A stretch of DNA of 43,058 bases from Solirubrobacterales bacterium. GTDB lineage: Bacteria > Actinomycetota > Thermoleophilia > Solirubrobacterales > 70-9. Numbering within the stretch: position 1 is the first letter of the stretch; each line of letters begins with the position of its first letter. The notes under the pieces were generated by a model. It saw nothing but the letters and a program-made list of their open reading frames with translations, had not been told where the DNA came from and ran no database searches. The stretch lies in NCBI GenBank assembly GCA_036393155.1, contig DASVWP010000280.1, positions 1 to 43,058 on the forward strand, written 5' to 3'. This document shows positions 41,904-43,058 of this stretch, in pieces. The position numbers were made by a program, and so were the translations under genes.

Positions 41904-43028
41904 ATGAAGCTGCGCGCCTGCGTTGCGGCGGTCGCCCTAGTCGTCTGCGGCGTCTTCGCCTCGACCGCACAGGCGTTGCCGGTCGGGTTCTGGGGCGCCG
42001 TGCCGCAGACCAACCTCAGCCAGGAACAGTTCCAGCGCCTGGCCGACGGCGGCGTCGAAAGCATCCGCATCCCGTTCGGCTGGCAGGCGATCCAGCCGGC
42101 CCGCAACGGCGCATACGAATGGGGCAGCCTCGACTCCCAGGTGGAAGCCGCGGCCAAGGCCGGCATCCAGGTCCTGCCCTTCCTCTCCGGCGCCCCGACC
42201 TGGGCGGTCCCCTCGATCTACGTCTCGGGCACCGGGCACAACCTGAAAGCCCCCGCCCACCTGCCGACCACCGGGGCGGGTCGTGCCGCCTGGATCGCCT
42301 TCATCACCGCGGCGGTCGCCCGCTACGGTCCGGCCGGGACGTTCTGGAGCGAACATCCGACCGTCCCCGAGCGGCCGATCCGGACATGGCAGATCTGGAA
42401 CGAGCCGAACTTCAAGTACTTCATCGCCAGGCCGAACCCGGCCGAATACGGCCAGCTGGTGAAGATCTCCTACAACGCCGTCAAAGCGGCCGATCCCGGG
42501 GCGAAGCTCGTGCTGGCCGGGTTGTTCGCCAGGCCCAAGGGCTCGGAAACCCGCACCGGCAAGCACAAGAGCCTGAACTGGAGCGCCAAGAACTTCCTCG
42601 AAGCGATGTACAAGAGCACCCCCGGGGTGCGGACGAAGTTCAACGGCGTGGCCCTGCACCCGTACACGATCCGCTACCGGGAACTGACTCCGGAGATCGA
42701 AACGGTCCGCGGCGTCCTGGCCAAGAACCACGACGGCGGCAAGGGCCTGTGGATCACCGAGTTGGGCTGGAGCTCCGAACCGCCCGACCCGGCGGTGGAC
42801 CAGTTCGCCAAAGGCATCGCCGGGCAGGCCCGGGAACTGAAGGGCGCCTTCACCCTCCTGCGCAGCAAGCAGGTGAAGTGGCGGCTCCAGCAGGTCTACT
42901 GGTTCTCGGTCGACGACGTCGCCGGCGCCTGCAACTTCTGCGGCGGCTCCGGCCTGTTCGCCACCGGGTTCAAGCCGAAGAAGGCCTGGTTCGAATACGT
43001 GAAGCTGACCGGCGGCAGCCCCTTCTAG
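41904..43028 (+). CDS. Secreted clan GH-A-like glycoside hydrolase, family unassigned (paralog 2, 374 aa)
   Basis: ATG 41904 is preceded by GAGGAGG about 10 nt upstream. The signal peptide reads MKLRACVAAVALVVCGVFASTAQA. Motifs are WQIWNEPNF, ITELGWSS and CNFC. It has the same length as the paralog at 4647..5771. Confidence 0.7.
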   Translation: MKLRACVAAVALVVCGVFASTAQALPVGFWGAVPQTNLSQEQFQRLADGGVESIRIPFGWQAIQPARNGAYEWGSLDSQVEAAAKAGIQVLPFLSGAPTWAVPSIYVSGTGHNLKAPAHLPTTGAGRAAWIAFITAAVARYGPAGTFWSEHPTVPERPIRTWQIWNEPNFKYFIARPNPAEYGQLVKISYNAVKAADPGAKLVLAGLFARPKGSETRTGKHKSLNWSAKNFLEAMYKSTPGVRTKFNGVALHPYTIRYRELTPEIETVRGVLAKNHDGGKGLWITELGWSSEPPDPAVDQFAKGIAGQARELKGAFTLLRSKQVKWRLQQVYWFSVDDVAGACNFCGGSGLFATGFKPKKAWFEYVKLTGGSPF

Positions 43029-43054
43029 GGGCGCCGCCGCGGCGCCCTAGAAGG
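43021..43054 (+). terminator. GC-rich hairpin overlapping the stop codon (intrinsic-terminator-like, no U-tract)
   Basis: CCTTCTAGGGGCGCC ... GGCGCCCTAGAAGG forms a stem of about 14 bp with one bulged G and a short GC loop. The window ends 4 nt later, so the downstream context is not visible. Confidence 0.45.
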
Positions 43055-43058
43055 CCCC

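Noticed and set aside
1-43058. Mobile elements, prophage, toxin-antitoxin or phage-defence cassettes; tRNA, rRNA or riboswitch elements
   Set aside because: I found no transposase, integrase, recombinase, nuclease, helicase or ATPase defence signatures and no terminal inverted repeats. Intergenic regions are all 93 bp or shorter, too short for structured RNAs. The two flanking hydrolase genes are diverged protein paralogs, not direct DNA repeats.

Overview
Very GC-rich window with many GTG/TTG starts and 1-4 nt gene overlaps, typical of a high-GC Actinomycetota-like genome; the exact taxon cannot be determined from the sequence. I call 38 protein-coding genes. I found no rRNA, tRNA, CRISPR array, transposase, integrase or recognisable phage-defence gene. 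The left edge (1-4572) is housekeeping or accessory: a 5'-truncated penicillin-acylase-family gene, a TylF-like O-methyltransferase, a divergent DJ-1/PfpI and GlxA(AraC) pair, and a PPOX-family flavoprotein. From 4647 to 43028 the window is one dense cell-envelope glycoconjugate island of about 38 kb, bracketed by two paralogous secreted clan GH-A-like hydrolases. It contains rmlA-rmlD-rmlB-rmlC (dTDP-L-rhamnose), a WbaP/WsaP-type initiating phosphoglycosyl transferase, four single-domain GT2, two dual-domain GT2 and one GT4. It also has a Wzm/Wzt ABC exporter whose Wzt carries a C-terminal extension, and five of the window's six methyltransferases (the sixth is the left-edge TylF-like gene), one fused to a long coiled coil. 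Further genes are a polyprenyl-phosphate-sugar-synthase-like GT2 with two extended SDR enzymes, a Wzy_C (O-antigen-ligase-like)-TPR fusion, and five large polytopic membrane proteins of unassigned function in two paralogous families (three of about 550 aa, two of about 600 aa). The points most worth follow-up are these two membrane-protein families, two coiled-coil proteins each translationally coupled to a dual-GT2 protein, and the ligase-TPR gene placed head-to-head with a Ser/Gly-rich mucin-like membrane protein. A recurrent TANNNT hexamer 6-9 nt upstream of first-gene start codons suggests leaderless transcription units. Most long reverse-strand or out-of-frame ORFs in the supplied track are GC-driven shadow ORFs and were rejected.
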